Origin: an uncultured Chlamydiae bacterium
Lineage (GTDB): Bacteria > Chlamydiota > Chlamydiia > Chlamydiales > JAJFMA01
DNA: 64,000 nucleotides
Assembly (NCBI GenBank): GCA_963713615.1
Contig: CAVQMM010000001.1
Span: forward strand, 3,136,001-3,200,000
Reading direction: 5' to 3'
Made by a program: the position numbers and the translations under genes. The notes beneath the pieces were generated by a model. It saw only the letters and a list, made by a program, of their open reading frames with translations. It had not been told where the DNA came from and did no database searches. The stretch's first letter is position 1, and each line of letters begins with the position of its first letter. This document shows positions 51,512-62,135 of this stretch, piece by piece.

Positions 51512-52204
51512 ATGCGTAATGTATTGGCATATTCGCTGTTAGCCATCATGGTCTCTTCGTCACTTGTTGCTGCGCCATCTCGCAATAGGAATTATCAGCA
51601 GCCAAGTTCCGGTCAGGAGCAGCCTAAAAACTCTCCTTTACGAGATTTTCTGTTGAACATTCGCCACCAGATGACGAACCAGGAAGAGGAAATACGAAAA
51701 CTTAGAGAGCGCCTTGACAACGATGCGAGGGCTGTTGATAGCGTTCGAGAAGATACCGAGAAGCTGCAAGATTTTACCCGAACAGCTTTAAGGGATCATA
51801 GTGAGACTTTGGATACCGCCACGGCCAATTTTAAAGCTAATCATGAGCATCTTCACCAAGATCTTCAGCAGTTGCAGCAGTACGCTAACAGCGTTAAAGA
51901 ACTCATGGAGCAGTATCATAGGCGCATTCAGTCATTGGAAGTTTCAGTAGATCGTCATACAGCTGGTTTGAAGTCTTTAGAAGCAGCCGTTCAATCGCTA
52001 ATAGAGGCCTTTCCCACTGCTGATAAGGCTACAGCGCAGGCAGACGATTCCGTCTATCGCATTGTGGATGGAGATACTTTGGAGAAGATCGCCAGGCGTA
52101 ACCACACCACCATTCGTCGGATTAAAGAGGTCAATGGGCTCACTTCTGATCGAATTATCGTAGGGCAAAAGCTTAAGATTCCCCCGTCAGAAAATGCCCC
52201 ATAG
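51512..52204 (+). CDS. Coiled-coil LysM protein (CT601 position)
   Basis: Signal peptide, coiled coil, YRIVDGDTLEKIAR...GQKLKIP. Confidence 0.88.
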   Translation: MRNVLAYSLLAIMVSSSLVAAPSRNRNYQQPSSGQEQPKNSPLRDFLLNIRHQMTNQEEEIRKLRERLDNDARAVDSVREDTEKLQDFTRTALRDHSETLDTATANFKANHEHLHQDLQQLQQYANSVKELMEQYHRRIQSLEVSVDRHTAGLKSLEAAVQSLIEAFPTADKATAQADDSVYRIVDGDTLEKIARRNHTTIRRIKEVNGLTSDRIIVGQKLKIPPSENAP

Positions 52205-53006
52205 CTCAACCGGGAATAGCTACCAACCGATAGGAATCTTTGATTCGGGTGTTGGGGGACTCACGGTCATGCGTGAGGTGCGCGAAGCGTTACCCTTCGA
52301 GCAAATCACCTATTTAGGAGATACCGCTCGCCTCCCGTATGGTAATAAAAGTCGTGAAACCATTATTCGCTTTAGCTTGGAAAATGCGCGTTATCTCGTA
52401 GAACAAGGGATCAAAGCTCTTGTAGTCGCTTGTAATACCGCTACGGCTCATGCGTTGGAAACATTAGAGCAAACGCTGGCACTGCCGGTAGTTGGTGTGA
52501 TAGCCCCAGGCGTCCTCGCGGCAATAAATAGCAGCACAAGCAGCCACATCGCTGTTCTTGGTACCCGAGGGACAATTAATTCAGGAGCCTATCAAAGGGC
52601 CATTGCCAGTCTTATGCCACGCGCAGTGGTGTATCCTATTGCCTGTCCCCTCTTTGTTCACTTAGTCGAAGAAGATTTTCAACATCATCATGCTACCCGC
52701 CTGATCGCTCAGGATTACCTACGTGCACTCAGCAATACTCCGGTAGATACCATCATTCTCGGGTGTACGCATTATCCCCTTCTTCGCCATATCATTCAGG
52801 AAATATTAGGCAGTCATATCACTGTCGTGGATGCCGCTGTGGCATGCACCAAGGAACTAAAAACAGTTCTTGTAAAGCATAGCCTGTTGTGCTCCCAGCC
52901 TCAAGAACCACGGGCCAAATACTTTGTGTCTGATGATCCGGAAGGCTTCCGACGTATCGGCAGTAAAATCATCGCTGAAGTGATTACAGACGTCCATCTC
53001 TTCTAA
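52194..53006 (+). CDS. murI: Glutamate racemase
   Basis: FDSGVGGL, PYGNKS, ACNTA, LGCTHYP. Confidence 0.95.
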   Translation: MPHSSTGNSYQPIGIFDSGVGGLTVMREVREALPFEQITYLGDTARLPYGNKSRETIIRFSLENARYLVEQGIKALVVACNTATAHALETLEQTLALPVVGVIAPGVLAAINSSTSSHIAVLGTRGTINSGAYQRAIASLMPRAVVYPIACPLFVHLVEEDFQHHHATRLIAQDYLRALSNTPVDTIILGCTHYPLLRHIIQEILGSHITVVDAAVACTKELKTVLVKHSLLCSQPQEPRAKYFVSDDPEGFRRIGSKIIAEVITDVHLF

Positions 53007-53009
53007 AAT

Positions 53010-53216
53010 TTCGTGTCGCTTTTAGGAGTAACACGGATGCACACGGATTTAGAGGATTCAGGAGGATAGGATTTGGAAATGAAAATCCTACAATAGCTAT
53101 TCCATCCTAAAATTAATTTTTTTGTTTTTGGGATTGACGAGCCTTGGTCCCATCCTATCCTTCTAGATCCTCCTAAATCCGTGTGCATCCGTGTTTGCTC
53201 CTAAAAGCGAAACGAA
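53010..53216. repeat. Palindromic element of the ACACGGATG family
   Basis: TCGCTTTTAGGAGTAACACGGATGCACACGGATTTAG and its complement. Confidence 0.88.
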
Positions 53217-53231
53217 CCGTGAACCGTATTG

Positions 53232-53825
53232 CTAACGTCGGAAGCGCCGGATGGTGAAGATAAACACGCTCACAGCCCCCAGAAGCCCTATTAACAGGAG
53301 CCAGGGGAGAGAATGGAGCGAGTTCTGAGGTGTCACAGTTACATTCCTGAGCTGAAAGAGGCCAGTTAAGGCTTTTTGGTTGTCGAATGTAGGTTCAATG
53401 ACGAAGGTGCCGTTGAGAGCGATCACCCGATCTGGTGATGACTCTAAAGAATTGCCATGCACAGAGACTTGTGTCACCACCTTGGCAGCGTGGCCCACAC
53501 AGCATGTCTTTAGATTTGGGGAGCTGGCGAGAATCCACCGTCCATCCTCACTTTGGTATAAGAAGCCACGGATGGTAACCGTTTGGTTATTCCATTTGGA
53601 ATACTTTGAGTGTAAACTTGCTATACCTTCTTGGCTTAGAACACAGGCCTCAGCATCTCGGCATAGCTCTACCAAAGAGATGAGAGGCGTCGCTTCTGCA
53701 GAAAATCCTTCACAGTGGCCTGCACAAAATAGGCATAGCAAAAGGAAGCGTATCAATATGAGAGTCATAACATTGGCCCTTTTTCGATGGTCAAATCTCG
53801 GGGCTTTCTCAAAACCAAACCTCAA
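53232..53825 (-). CDS. Hypothetical membrane-anchored protein (possible DUF3299-like OB fold)
   Basis: VTIRGF, PNLKTCCVG, C-terminal TM; start uncertain. Confidence 0.6.
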   Translation of the reverse strand: MRFGFEKAPRFDHRKRANVMTLILIRFLLLCLFCAGHCEGFSAEATPLISLVELCRDAEACVLSQEGIASLHSKYSKWNNQTVTIRGFLYQSEDGRWILASSPNLKTCCVGHAAKVVTQVSVHGNSLESSPDRVIALNGTFVIEPTFDNQKALTGLFQLRNVTVTPQNSLHSLPWLLLIGLLGAVSVFIFTIRRFRR

Positions 53826-53906
53826 TGCGCGGGTATAGTTGGGTCTTGCAAATTAGCACAGTTGTCGTTTATCCTCTATCATTAACCAAAACGCAAAGGA
53901 TTAGCA

Positions 53907-55091
53907 ATGGCACACTACCTTTTTACATCGGAATCCGTTTCCAATGGCCATCCTGACAAGATTGCCGATCAGATTTCGGATGCTATTTTGGACGCTTGTT
54001 TGGCTCAGGATCCCCAATCTCGGGTCGCTTGTGAGACACTTGTTAGTTCTGGTTTAGTTGTAGTGGCTGGTGAAATCACCACGAATGCTAGTTTTGAAAT
54101 GCGCGACGTTATTCGCAAAACCATCGAAGAAATTGGCTATACCGATTGTCGTCTTGGATTCGATGCCCGTTCCTGTGGCATTATGTCAAGCATCAATAAA
54201 CAGTCGCCGGATATTGCTCAGGGTGTCAACGAAGGCCAGGGACTGTTTCAGGAGCAAGGTGCTGGGGACCAAGGTTTGATGTTTGGCTTTGCTTGTAATG
54301 ACACCGCTGAGCTAATGCCTCTTCCCATCATGCTTGCGCACCGCCTACTTTCAGAGGTCACACGACAACGTAATGAGGGCGAACTTCCTTACTTGCGTCC
54401 TGATGGTAAAAGTCAGGTGACCGTCGAGTATGATGCAGATCACAACCCTGTGCGTGTTCATACTGTCGTGCTATCGACAATGCATGCCCCTGAAGTGACT
54501 CATGAACGTGTCACTGCTGATATAAAAAAGATTATCCAGTCTGTCATTCCACATAAATTGCTGGATAGCAACACAATCTATTATATCAATCCGACTGGCC
54601 GCTTTGTAGTGGGTGGGCCAGAAGGGGATTGTGGTGTCACAGGACGTAAACTCATGGTGGACACCTATGGTGGCATGGGGCGTCATGGTGGTGGAGCCTT
54701 TTCCGGCAAGGACCCTTCCAAAGTCGACCGATCCGCTTCCTATGCCGCTCGCTATGTTGCTAAAAATATCGTTGCTGCACAGCTAGCACGTCGTTGCGAG
54801 GTACAGGTTTCCTATGCTATTGGTGTCGCACACCCCGTTTCTGTAAAGATTGATACCTTTGGTACAGGAACGGTTAGCGAAGAGCTTCTAAGCCGTGCCG
54901 TTCCCCTAGTTTTTGATCTCACACCCAAAGGCATCATCGAGATGCTAGACCTGCGTCGTCCTATTTACCGGTCAACAGCTTCAGGCGGTCATTTTGGACG
55001 TCAAGAGCCTGATTTTACCTGGGAGAAGACCGACCGAGTCCAGTCTCTATTGCAGGCAGTCAAGCAGGAATCGTTTACTCTTAGTCCTTAA
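53907..55091 (+). CDS. metK: S-adenosylmethionine synthetase
   Basis: [28 protein letters not shown]. Confidence 0.97.
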   Translation: MAHYLFTSESVSNGHPDKIADQISDAILDACLAQDPQSRVACETLVSSGLVVVAGEITTNASFEMRDVIRKTIEEIGYTDCRLGFDARSCGIMSSINKQSPDIAQGVNEGQGLFQEQGAGDQGLMFGFACNDTAELMPLPIMLAHRLLSEVTRQRNEGELPYLRPDGKSQVTVEYDADHNPVRVHTVVLSTMHAPEVTHERVTADIKKIIQSVIPHKLLDSNTIYYINPTGRFVVGGPEGDCGVTGRKLMVDTYGGMGRHGGGAFSGKDPSKVDRSASYAARYVAKNIVAAQLARRCEVQVSYAIGVAHPVSVKIDTFGTGTVSEELLSRAVPLVFDLTPKGIIEMLDLRRPIYRSTASGGHFGRQEPDFTWEKTDRVQSLLQAVKQESFTLSP

Positions 55092-55097
55092 GGCTTC

Positions 55098-55470
55098 TCA
55101 CAATCGTGTCTTGGCGCGTAGCGCTTTAGAGTGCGGTCGCAAGCGACCGCACTCCAAAGCCATAGGCATCAACTTAAGCAACTAACTTCGTAAATAGGCG
55201 CTCAGCGCTTTGGAGCCCTTTGGAGTGCGCGTCGCTCGCGACCGCTTTGGATTTGGGCGAAGTTGGCATTGCAAGAAACGTAACCCTTCTCTCTAGGGGT
55301 AACTGTGAGGGGGCAGCCTCCAAAGAACGGTGCGCGATTCAATAGGCTCACCCAAATCCAAAGCGGTCGCGAGCGACACGCACTCCAAAGCGCTGCGCGC
55401 CTATTTACGAAGTTAGTTGCTTAAGTTGATGCCTATGACTCCAAAGCGCTGCGCGCCGAGCAACGATTGT
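55098..55470. repeat. Nested palindromic element of the GCGCTTTGGAGTGCG family
   Basis: Concentric arms incl. CATAGGCATCAACTTAAGCAACTAACTTCGTAAATAGGCG and complement; between convergent genes. Confidence 0.9.
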
Positions 55471-55514
55471 ATGAGGCGATACCTTGGTCTGTTGCACCTT
55501 TCTGGCTATTGAAG

Positions 55515-56219
55515 CTATTCTTCTTCTTCCAAAAAGCGATAGCCTACGCCACGAACGGTTTGAATCCAGTTGAAGTTTGGTCCCATCTTCTTACGCAATG
55601 ACGCAATGTGAACGTCGATGTTGCGGTCAACGATAAAGGCATCGTCGTTTTGTACTTCGTCCAACAGCTGATTGCGTGTTAACACTTTTCCACGACTCAT
55701 GACCAAGCGACGCAGAATACCAAACTCCGACAATGTGAGGGCAATGGCTTTATCTTTTTTCTTTAATTGATAGCGATCTAATTCCAGCACAAAATCGCCA
55801 AAGGTCATTATCTTGGGCGCTTTCTCGGGCTCTTTGCCTCTTCGCAACACAGCTTTGACCCTAGAAAAAAGCACCTTAGGAGAGAAGGGCTTTGCTACAT
55901 AGTCATCAGCTCCCAATTCTAATCCGAGGATGACGTCAATTTCCTCGCTTTTTGCTGAGATCATGATCACAGGAATGTCCTTCAGATCAGGATTTCCCTT
56001 GAGCTTACGACATACATCCAAGCCGCTTTGACCAGGTAACATGATGTCTAATAAGACGATATCTGGTTTCTCGCGCTCGACCGCACGAAGACCATTAAGC
56101 CCATCCACCTCGTGGAAGATTTTGTAGCCAGACATCTCAGCCTGAAGCTTAATTAAAGCAGCAATATCTTCTTCATCTTCTATGAGCACGATGCGAATTT
56201 TGGTCATAAGTTTCTCCAT
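55515..56219 (-). CDS. OmpR/PhoB family response regulator
   Basis: IEDE, LLDIMLP, GADDY.AKPF, winged helix with IDVHI and TVRGVGY; no kinase adjacent. Confidence 0.93.
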   Translation of the reverse strand: MEKLMTKIRIVLIEDEEDIAALIKLQAEMSGYKIFHEVDGLNGLRAVEREKPDIVLLDIMLPGQSGLDVCRKLKGNPDLKDIPVIMISAKSEEIDVILGLELGADDYVAKPFSPKVLFSRVKAVLRRGKEPEKAPKIMTFGDFVLELDRYQLKKKDKAIALTLSEFGILRRLVMSRGKVLTRNQLLDEVQNDDAFIVDRNIDVHIASLRKKMGPNFNWIQTVRGVGYRFLEEEE

Positions 56220-56405
56220 AGGTCTGGTTGACCGTTGATTATTGAACAAGCAACGTCAATAAGGCAAGTTGCTTTTCATTTTTTGGATCAGAAATGCCAT
56301 TTCAAACAAGTGCATTTATTGTTTAGTATGGAATTGTAACATTTATCCAATTTCATGAAACTAAAAATAATTCGTAGTAGAGATAGATTGTGAGAGAGTA
56401 GGAAA

Positions 56406-56746
56406 GAGGATAGGAGAATTAGGATTTTACCGCCGAGGCGCAGAGAAGCCGAGATAGGAGAGGGGGGAATAGGAAAATGGCCCTATAGGGAGGGGCTGAA
56501 TGAATCATTACAAAGGATTCCCCTTTGAATGATTCATTCAGCCCCTCCGTATAGGGCCCGTTCCTCGTTTTGGACTAAATGAGGCTTTGGTTACGTACAA
56601 GAGCTTCTGGACAAGATTCTGTGTAAATTTACTGGAACCATTTCCTTTCAAGAGTTTACACAGAATCTTGTCCAGAAGCTCTTGTGTCCCCTCTCTCCTA
56701 TCTCGGCGTCTCTGCGCCTCGGCGGTAAAATCCTAACCCTATCCTC
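56406..56746. repeat. Carrier-family palindromic element with two different internal hairpins
   Basis: TTAGGATTTTACCGCCGAGGCGCAGAG and complement; inner hairpins at about 56479-56557 and 56597-56685. Confidence 0.88.
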
Positions 56747-56819
56747 CTCCCCTCGCTCTCTCTCTAGCCAAAAAAGAGTATACGCTATATGTTTGGATCT
56801 TTAGAAAGAATAGGTAATT

Positions 56820-57167
56820 ATGTTAAAGAAGTTTAAGGACACCAGTGGGTCTACCCACTTTCGTCCAGGGTCAGCAGTGTATGTCGTGATGCGTGATGGT
56901 ACGGTCATCGAAGGCCACTGCATTGGTAGTTGTTTAGGAGAGCTAGTATCTCTCGATCGCTCCCCTCTGGATGGAACTGAAAAACAAGGGTTTACTATTC
57001 AGAATAACCATCTGATGCCCAACTGGTGTGAAGGGAAAAGGCAGATTTTGGCGGTGTGCATGAGTCGGGAGGAGGCGGAGGACATGGCGAGCCCTGTACG
57101 TCAGCGTCTAGCGGCTCTTGGCGTGCCCCGGCAAGCAAAACCGCGTCGAAGCTGCGGAGAACAATAA
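56820..57167 (+). CDS. Hypothetical protein
   Basis: 115-aa ORF co-oriented upstream of the TPR gene. Confidence 0.55.
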   Translation: MLKKFKDTSGSTHFRPGSAVYVVMRDGTVIEGHCIGSCLGELVSLDRSPLDGTEKQGFTIQNNHLMPNWCEGKRQILAVCMSREEAEDMASPVRQRLAALGVPRQAKPRRSCGEQ

Positions 57168-57197
57168 GTCCATCGGCTAGTAAAGGCGGGTACTCTC

Positions 57198-60100
57198 ATG
57201 GCCTATGTTAAGACGGCAATTGGCACCATCTTCATTCTTCTTGCGCTGCTCGTCGGCTATATGTTCATCGCCTTCGATTCAGACTATGAGCTGCATTTGG
57301 CCTATGAATCCTTCTTGAAAGGAGACTACGAGCATTCGCAAAACGAGCTGGCGAAGCTAAAAGGTAGCATTCCATCGGATCAAGTCGATCTCTATAGTGC
57401 TTATGTTGCCCGTGCTCTCAAGGATTTGGATCAGTCTCAAAAGCTTCTTGGGGAGGCTGTTACCAGTGAAGATCATTCAAAATCATCGATACTATTGGAA
57501 ATCCGCCTTAATCAAGCCTTTAATGCATACCTGCAGCATGATGTCACGGCCCTTAAGCAGGCTGTCGATGCCGCGGCTGAGATAGCTCCCAACCAACCCT
57601 GGGTGGTTTTCTTTCAGGCTCTGGAGTCTTTTGAAAATGATGATTATGCAAAAGCTCTGGAACTGTGGTCAGTTCGCTCTGACCGTATGCCGCTGTCTGG
57701 TTGGATGAAAAAGGCCTTCGAAGAGGTGTTTTCAAGGCGTTGGATGGTTCTAACGTTGTCGCGTTGTCAGATCGAGGTGGGTAAGTACCTGATGGCACGC
57801 CAGACCCTTGAGGAAGAGCTCGATGGGGCTTCGCAGAGCGAGCTTCTGGACCTCAACTTCCTTCTTGGCCTAAGCTATGCTAAGGAAGCACAGGAAAAGA
57901 CTCCTAATGGTGCTGCGCCCTACTGGAAGCTAGCTTTTTCCTATCTTAATAAGGTTCCCTTACAAAACGATCTTTATGCAGCAGATCGTCAAAAACTGAT
58001 TGCGGCTGTTGAAAAGCAGGTGAATCAGTTACTGGAAAGTAAATCTTATTCAGATCTTCCTTTCTATGCCTCTACTCTCCAGGCTTGGGGTGCCGATGCT
58101 GCTCTCAACGACCTGGCTTCTACAGTCATAGCCCATCTCAACCAAGCTGTGGGCGATGGTCAGTGGCGCCGCGTTGAAGAGCTTGCTGCTATCGTCAATA
58201 GGATGATACCGGATGGAGCTACTCGACAATCACTACAAAGGCGGTTTCAAGCGCTTGCTGAGACGGCTTTGGCTAATGCTAACCTCGAGCAGCTTGCCGA
58301 GTACTGGAGTGTAGCGCACTTGCTAAGCAATCATCCCGACAAGCTAAGCACCGAATTTGGTGCCAAGCTGTCGTCCAAAGTGGCCACTCTAATTCCTGCT
58401 GATGATCCTGGACTTTCCCATACGATCCCCTTTGTTCGTTTTTGGGCTAATATGGTCAATCAGCCAGATGCTCATCTGGCCTTAGCAAAAACATTGGTTT
58501 CCGCAGCAGAGGATACTTGGATAGCTCCTGGGGGAGAACGTAAAGCAGAACAACTTATCGAAATCGCACAATCACTAACCTCCAAAGACAACCAACCTGC
58601 TATTGACGATGCAATCGACCAGATGATTGCTAGAGTGTATGAAGAAGTTAACAAGCGCGACGACATCGAGAAACTCCCCGCCATTCTTGACGTAGCTGAG
58701 CGTTTTCATGTTTCACAAATCGATATCAAGAGTCCTCTCCAGATTAAAAGGCATGCCACAATGGCACAGGACCTCCTGCGGCAAAGACGCTATGAGGAGG
58801 CCTTGCAACGTGCTAAGTGGGTTCTGAAACTCGATCCTAATAATCAGATAGCGCGTTTCATCGTCGGTATTATCATGTATGATCAAGCCGATTATCTTCA
58901 GGCTAAGGAGTATCTCTCTAGCTTGACGAATCCCTCAGCCTCAGCTCGGGAGGCCTTAGCGATCAGTCAGATACTTTCTGGTGATGAAGAGGAAGGGATG
59001 TCGAGCTTGAATCAGTTTCGCGCTAAAAAGGCTCTTCAGGATGATACTTTATTGCGTTTGGGACTTGGACTTCTTGAACGTGGACAAGCCGCTGAAGGGC
59101 TGGATTGGCTCCAGCAAGTTAAGCAACCGTCCCAAGAAGCGATTATCGGGCAGGCCTATGCGCTGTTTTTGGAAAAGCAATATGACAAGGTACGGCCTCT
59201 GCTAAAGCGTTTGAATACCCCATATAGTGTTCTCGATGGTGTTCAAGGCCTGGCTATCCAAACAGATGTCATGCAAGGACATACAGAGGCAGCTGAAAAA
59301 GCCCTGATCCAGCTTTTGCGTCAGCCAGAACAACCAGCTGTTTCGGGTGTTTCAGCTGCTTTTCAGCAATTTGAGCAGCATAAGATGGCCGAATTTAGTA
59401 GACATTTCCTAGCAGGTCTATTTTTCCGAGACGTCAAAAGCAAAAATGATATCGCTATTAAGTACTTCAGGCTTGTCAAGCACCCGACTCCTGCAATGCT
59501 TCTTGTTAGAGCACAGACGCTGCTTGACCTCGGTATCTATGCCGAAGCTATGGAGGATCTCAATACCATCGCCAACCAGACGGCAGATCCAGATACTGCT
59601 AAGCAAGCTTTGCCATTTCTAGCCATTGCGCTCGATCACAATCAATTGCGCCTGGAAGCGCTCGTTCTTTTTCAACGTTATTTTGAGCTTGAGCCAAAAA
59701 CGACGGACTATCGCCTCGACTACGCACATTTACTGGAGAGGCTGCGCCGTTATGACCTCGCCCTCACACAGTTTGGCATGGCAGGAGGTCTCGACAAGCT
59801 TCCTCCCGAAGATGTTGTTGCCTATGCAAGATGCCTATTCCACCTAGGTCATAACAATGAGGCAGCCAAGATCGGAGATGAGTTTTTGGCACGCCAGCCT
59901 CCGGCACCTTTGGAGTGGCAGATTGGGATGATGCGAGTACTAGGGTATGTAGATCATTTAGAGACCACATGGCCTATTTTGCGGGCTCTCCCACCATCTG
60001 CCAAACTTTCGAATAGTGAAACCCTTCAGCTGGCCGAGTTTTTATTAGAAATAGGAGCCTATACGCAGGTTATCGCCTTAGCCACAGAAAAGCAGGTTGA

Positions 60101-61274
60101 ATGGCGAAAGACAGTGGATGGCCTTTTGATCCTTGCTAAGCTAAGTGACAGACTCGCGCAATTTGAAGATGCTCTGGTATTCTTGCGTTTGGCTTATGAG
60201 AAAGAACCTGCTAATCTCGATATAGCCGCCGCTATAGGTCGATATGCCTATAACGTAAAGGTGCTGGAGAACTCCATCGCAGGTCTAGAGAGTAGGGTTC
60301 AAAGGCAGCCAGAAAGCCCCTCTGTGCGTCTGGCCTATGCTCATCAGGTTGCTAAACTGGGTAACCTCGCCACTCGCGATGCAAAACGCGGCAGCTCAAT
60401 TTATACCAGTGAGTATCAGAAGGCCGCTTTTCTGACAGGAAAACTGTCTAAGAACTTTGATGAAATCCCGCAAGTCCATTGCGTATTCGGTGAGTTATTA
60501 GGCTTTCTTAATAAGCCTAAAGAAGCTGTGGCGGCCTTACGGACAGCGATAGAACTCGATCCCTCCTATGCCGAAGCTGCTGTTCAATTAGCAGATCAGT
60601 ATGTGCTGCAAAACGATGCTAACAGTGCCATTCGTGCGCTCTTCATCGCAGCCCAGTACGAAGCTGATAATCCAGCCATTTGGCTGCAGCTTGCAAACCT
60701 GTACAGTGCTCAAGGTAATCTCTTTGAGGCTTCTCACTTCTATCAAAATGCCATCAAATATAGCCCCAATAGCATAGACCTCTATGTCATTCTGGGAAAA
60801 GTCTTCTTGGATGTTCGCAATCCTGAAGATGCTAAAGTTCTCTTAGAACATGCCCTCACCATTGATCCTAAAAACGTGGCTGTGCTCAGTCTCTTGTTAG
60901 AATGTCTTCATGATCCCCTTCTAAAGGCATCTACAGATGACCTAAAGACTTTAGCTGCTGAGCAAACTCAGGCATATAATCAGCTACGCGCCATTGATCC
61001 CAAGTTTGCCGAAAAATTGATTAGCGCAATCGATCAACGCGACAGTCATGATAGTGAAGATCTACCTATCCTGGACGATACCCAACCAGCCAACAAGTCG
61101 CATGGCAAGCATGGGCGCAAGGGCAGTGAAGAAGACATCTTACCCTCCGATGATAAACAAGGGGTTTCTCCGCCAGATGACTTTGATCGCCAAGCTCGCC
61201 AGTCCATTCCGGAGGATGAGGAAAATTTTGATAACTCTCCCACAAAAGGTAAAGCTTCCACGCTACCAAAATAG
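57198..61274 (+). CDS. Large membrane-anchored TPR protein
   Basis: N-terminal TM, many TPR-like units (AIELDP, AIKYSP, ALTIDP), acidic tail. Confidence 0.88.
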   Translation: MAYVKTAIGTIFILLALLVGYMFIAFDSDYELHLAYESFLKGDYEHSQNELAKLKGSIPSDQVDLYSAYVARALKDLDQSQKLLGEAVTSEDHSKSSILLEIRLNQAFNAYLQHDVTALKQAVDAAAEIAPNQPWVVFFQALESFENDDYAKALELWSVRSDRMPLSGWMKKAFEEVFSRRWMVLTLSRCQIEVGKYLMARQTLEEELDGASQSELLDLNFLLGLSYAKEAQEKTPNGAAPYWKLAFSYLNKVPLQNDLYAADRQKLIAAVEKQVNQLLESKSYSDLPFYASTLQAWGADAALNDLASTVIAHLNQAVGDGQWRRVEELAAIVNRMIPDGATRQSLQRRFQALAETALANANLEQLAEYWSVAHLLSNHPDKLSTEFGAKLSSKVATLIPADDPGLSHTIPFVRFWANMVNQPDAHLALAKTLVSAAEDTWIAPGGERKAEQLIEIAQSLTSKDNQPAIDDAIDQMIARVYEEVNKRDDIEKLPAILDVAERFHVSQIDIKSPLQIKRHATMAQDLLRQRRYEEALQRAKWVLKLDPNNQIARFIVGIIMYDQADYLQAKEYLSSLTNPSASAREALAISQILSGDEEEGMSSLNQFRAKKALQDDTLLRLGLGLLERGQAAEGLDWLQQVKQPSQEAIIGQAYALFLEKQYDKVRPLLKRLNTPYSVLDGVQGLAIQTDVMQGHTEAAEKALIQLLRQPEQPAVSGVSAAFQQFEQHKMAEFSRHFLAGLFFRDVKSKNDIAIKYFRLVKHPTPAMLLVRAQTLLDLGIYAEAMEDLNTIANQTADPDTAKQALPFLAIALDHNQLRLEALVLFQRYFELEPKTTDYRLDYAHLLERLRRYDLALTQFGMAGGLDKLPPEDVVAYARCLFHLGHNNEAAKIGDEFLARQPPAPLEWQIGMMRVLGYVDHLETTWPILRALPPSAKLSNSETLQLAEFLLEIGAYTQVIALATEKQVEWRKTVDGLLILAKLSDRLAQFEDALVFLRLAYEKEPANLDIAAAIGRYAYNVKVLENSIAGLESRVQRQPESPSVRLAYAHQVAKLGNLATRDAKRGSSIYTSEYQKAAFLTGKLSKNFDEIPQVHCVFGELLGFLNKPKEAVAALRTAIELDPSYAEAAVQLADQYVLQNDANSAIRALFIAAQYEADNPAIWLQLANLYSAQGNLFEASHFYQNAIKYSPNSIDLYVILGKVFLDVRNPEDAKVLLEHALTIDPKNVAVLSLLLECLHDPLLKASTDDLKTLAAEQTQAYNQLRAIDPKFAEKLISAIDQRDSHDSEDLPILDDTQPANKSHGKHGRKGSEEDILPSDDKQGVSPPDDFDRQARQSIPEDEENFDNSPTKGKASTLPK

Positions 61275-61303
61275 TGGCCTTTTGGATTCGTCCATGGGGC
61301 GAG

Positions 61304-61388
61304 GGGTTTCAGCCCCCGTAGCAGCAACTTTGCTCCGTAGCATCATTCGGGAGCCTAGCTGCAATACCTTGCTATCTGCATACATCCC
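61304..61388 (-). repeat. Duplicate of the Rhs pre-toxin segment 63180-63264
   Basis: Near-identical stretch of about 85 bp with few substitutions. Confidence 0.85.
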
Positions 61389-61451
61389 CCTCCCTCTGAC
61401 TTTGATTTACGTCTATCCCTTCGCTAGCCGTTTGTAGAATTTTGGGTCATC

Positions 61452-61679
61452 CGGTTTTGTAGGACTTGACTACAAAGGCAGAAGTTAGCAGGGAGAGGAT
61501 TTAGGATTTTACCACAGAGAGCGCCGAGACGCAGAGATCGGAGAGGGAGGAAAGAAGAGATCGTTTTTTTGATCTTAATAGGTCATGTTCCTCCCTTCTT
61601 CTATCTCCGATCTCTGCGTCTCGGTGCTCTCTGCGGTAAATCCTATTTCTTTCCTCTCACCTAAGGCCTACAAAACCGT
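61452..61679. repeat. Carrier-family palindromic element with a short spacer
   Basis: CGGTTTTGTAGG..TAGGATTTTACCACAGAGAGC and complement ending CCTACAAAACCG. Confidence 0.8.
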
Positions 61680-62034
61680 CTGCTGTTAACATGATCGAAT
61701 GGTGCTTCACCATTCAAAATAAAATAGATATAATTCTCCCAGAAAAACAATTCCATAGAACTTGGGTATATTTCTTTTGAAGAATCTATTAATTTTTTCA
61801 ATTTTAAGTTACATCTGTTGACAAAGTCAAGGTCTAAACCATATTCCGCCATCTCTCCTGGATCATTAATTACAAAATATATCAACATTAAATTTATCAA
61901 TAAATTTATGTTCGGTTTGTTGTCTTTTTCAACTATAAATTCATACAAATTTACTGCCTGCTTGATTTTTTTTCTTGTTCGGATTTTAAAGCTTGCGCTT
62001 CAATGTCATTTTTTGGCACGATTGAATTTTCCAT
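61661..62034 (-). pseudogene. Orphan immunity-like gene (A8 frameshift, 3' end replaced by repeat)
   Basis: ATG 1 bp after the orphan toxin stop; joins ORF 61661-61948 if one A is added; AT-rich. Confidence 0.55.
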
Positions 62035-62035
62035 T

Positions 62036-62135
62036 TCAGGGTGAATACAAAGTTTCAATATTTATCCCAGCATTTTGTATTTCGCCATTTCTAACATGTA
62101 CCCAGATTTCTCTACCATTCCGAGATGTCTTAGAA
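62036..62135 (-). pseudogene. Orphan polymorphic toxin C-terminal fragment
   Basis: SKTSRNGREIWVHVRNGEIQNAGINIETLYSP*, cut by a MITE. Confidence 0.55.

Noticed and set aside
55515..56219. Atypical ChxR-type regulator
   Set aside because: The phospho-acceptor Asp (LLDIMLP) and conserved Lys are intact, so it is a canonical OmpR/PhoB type
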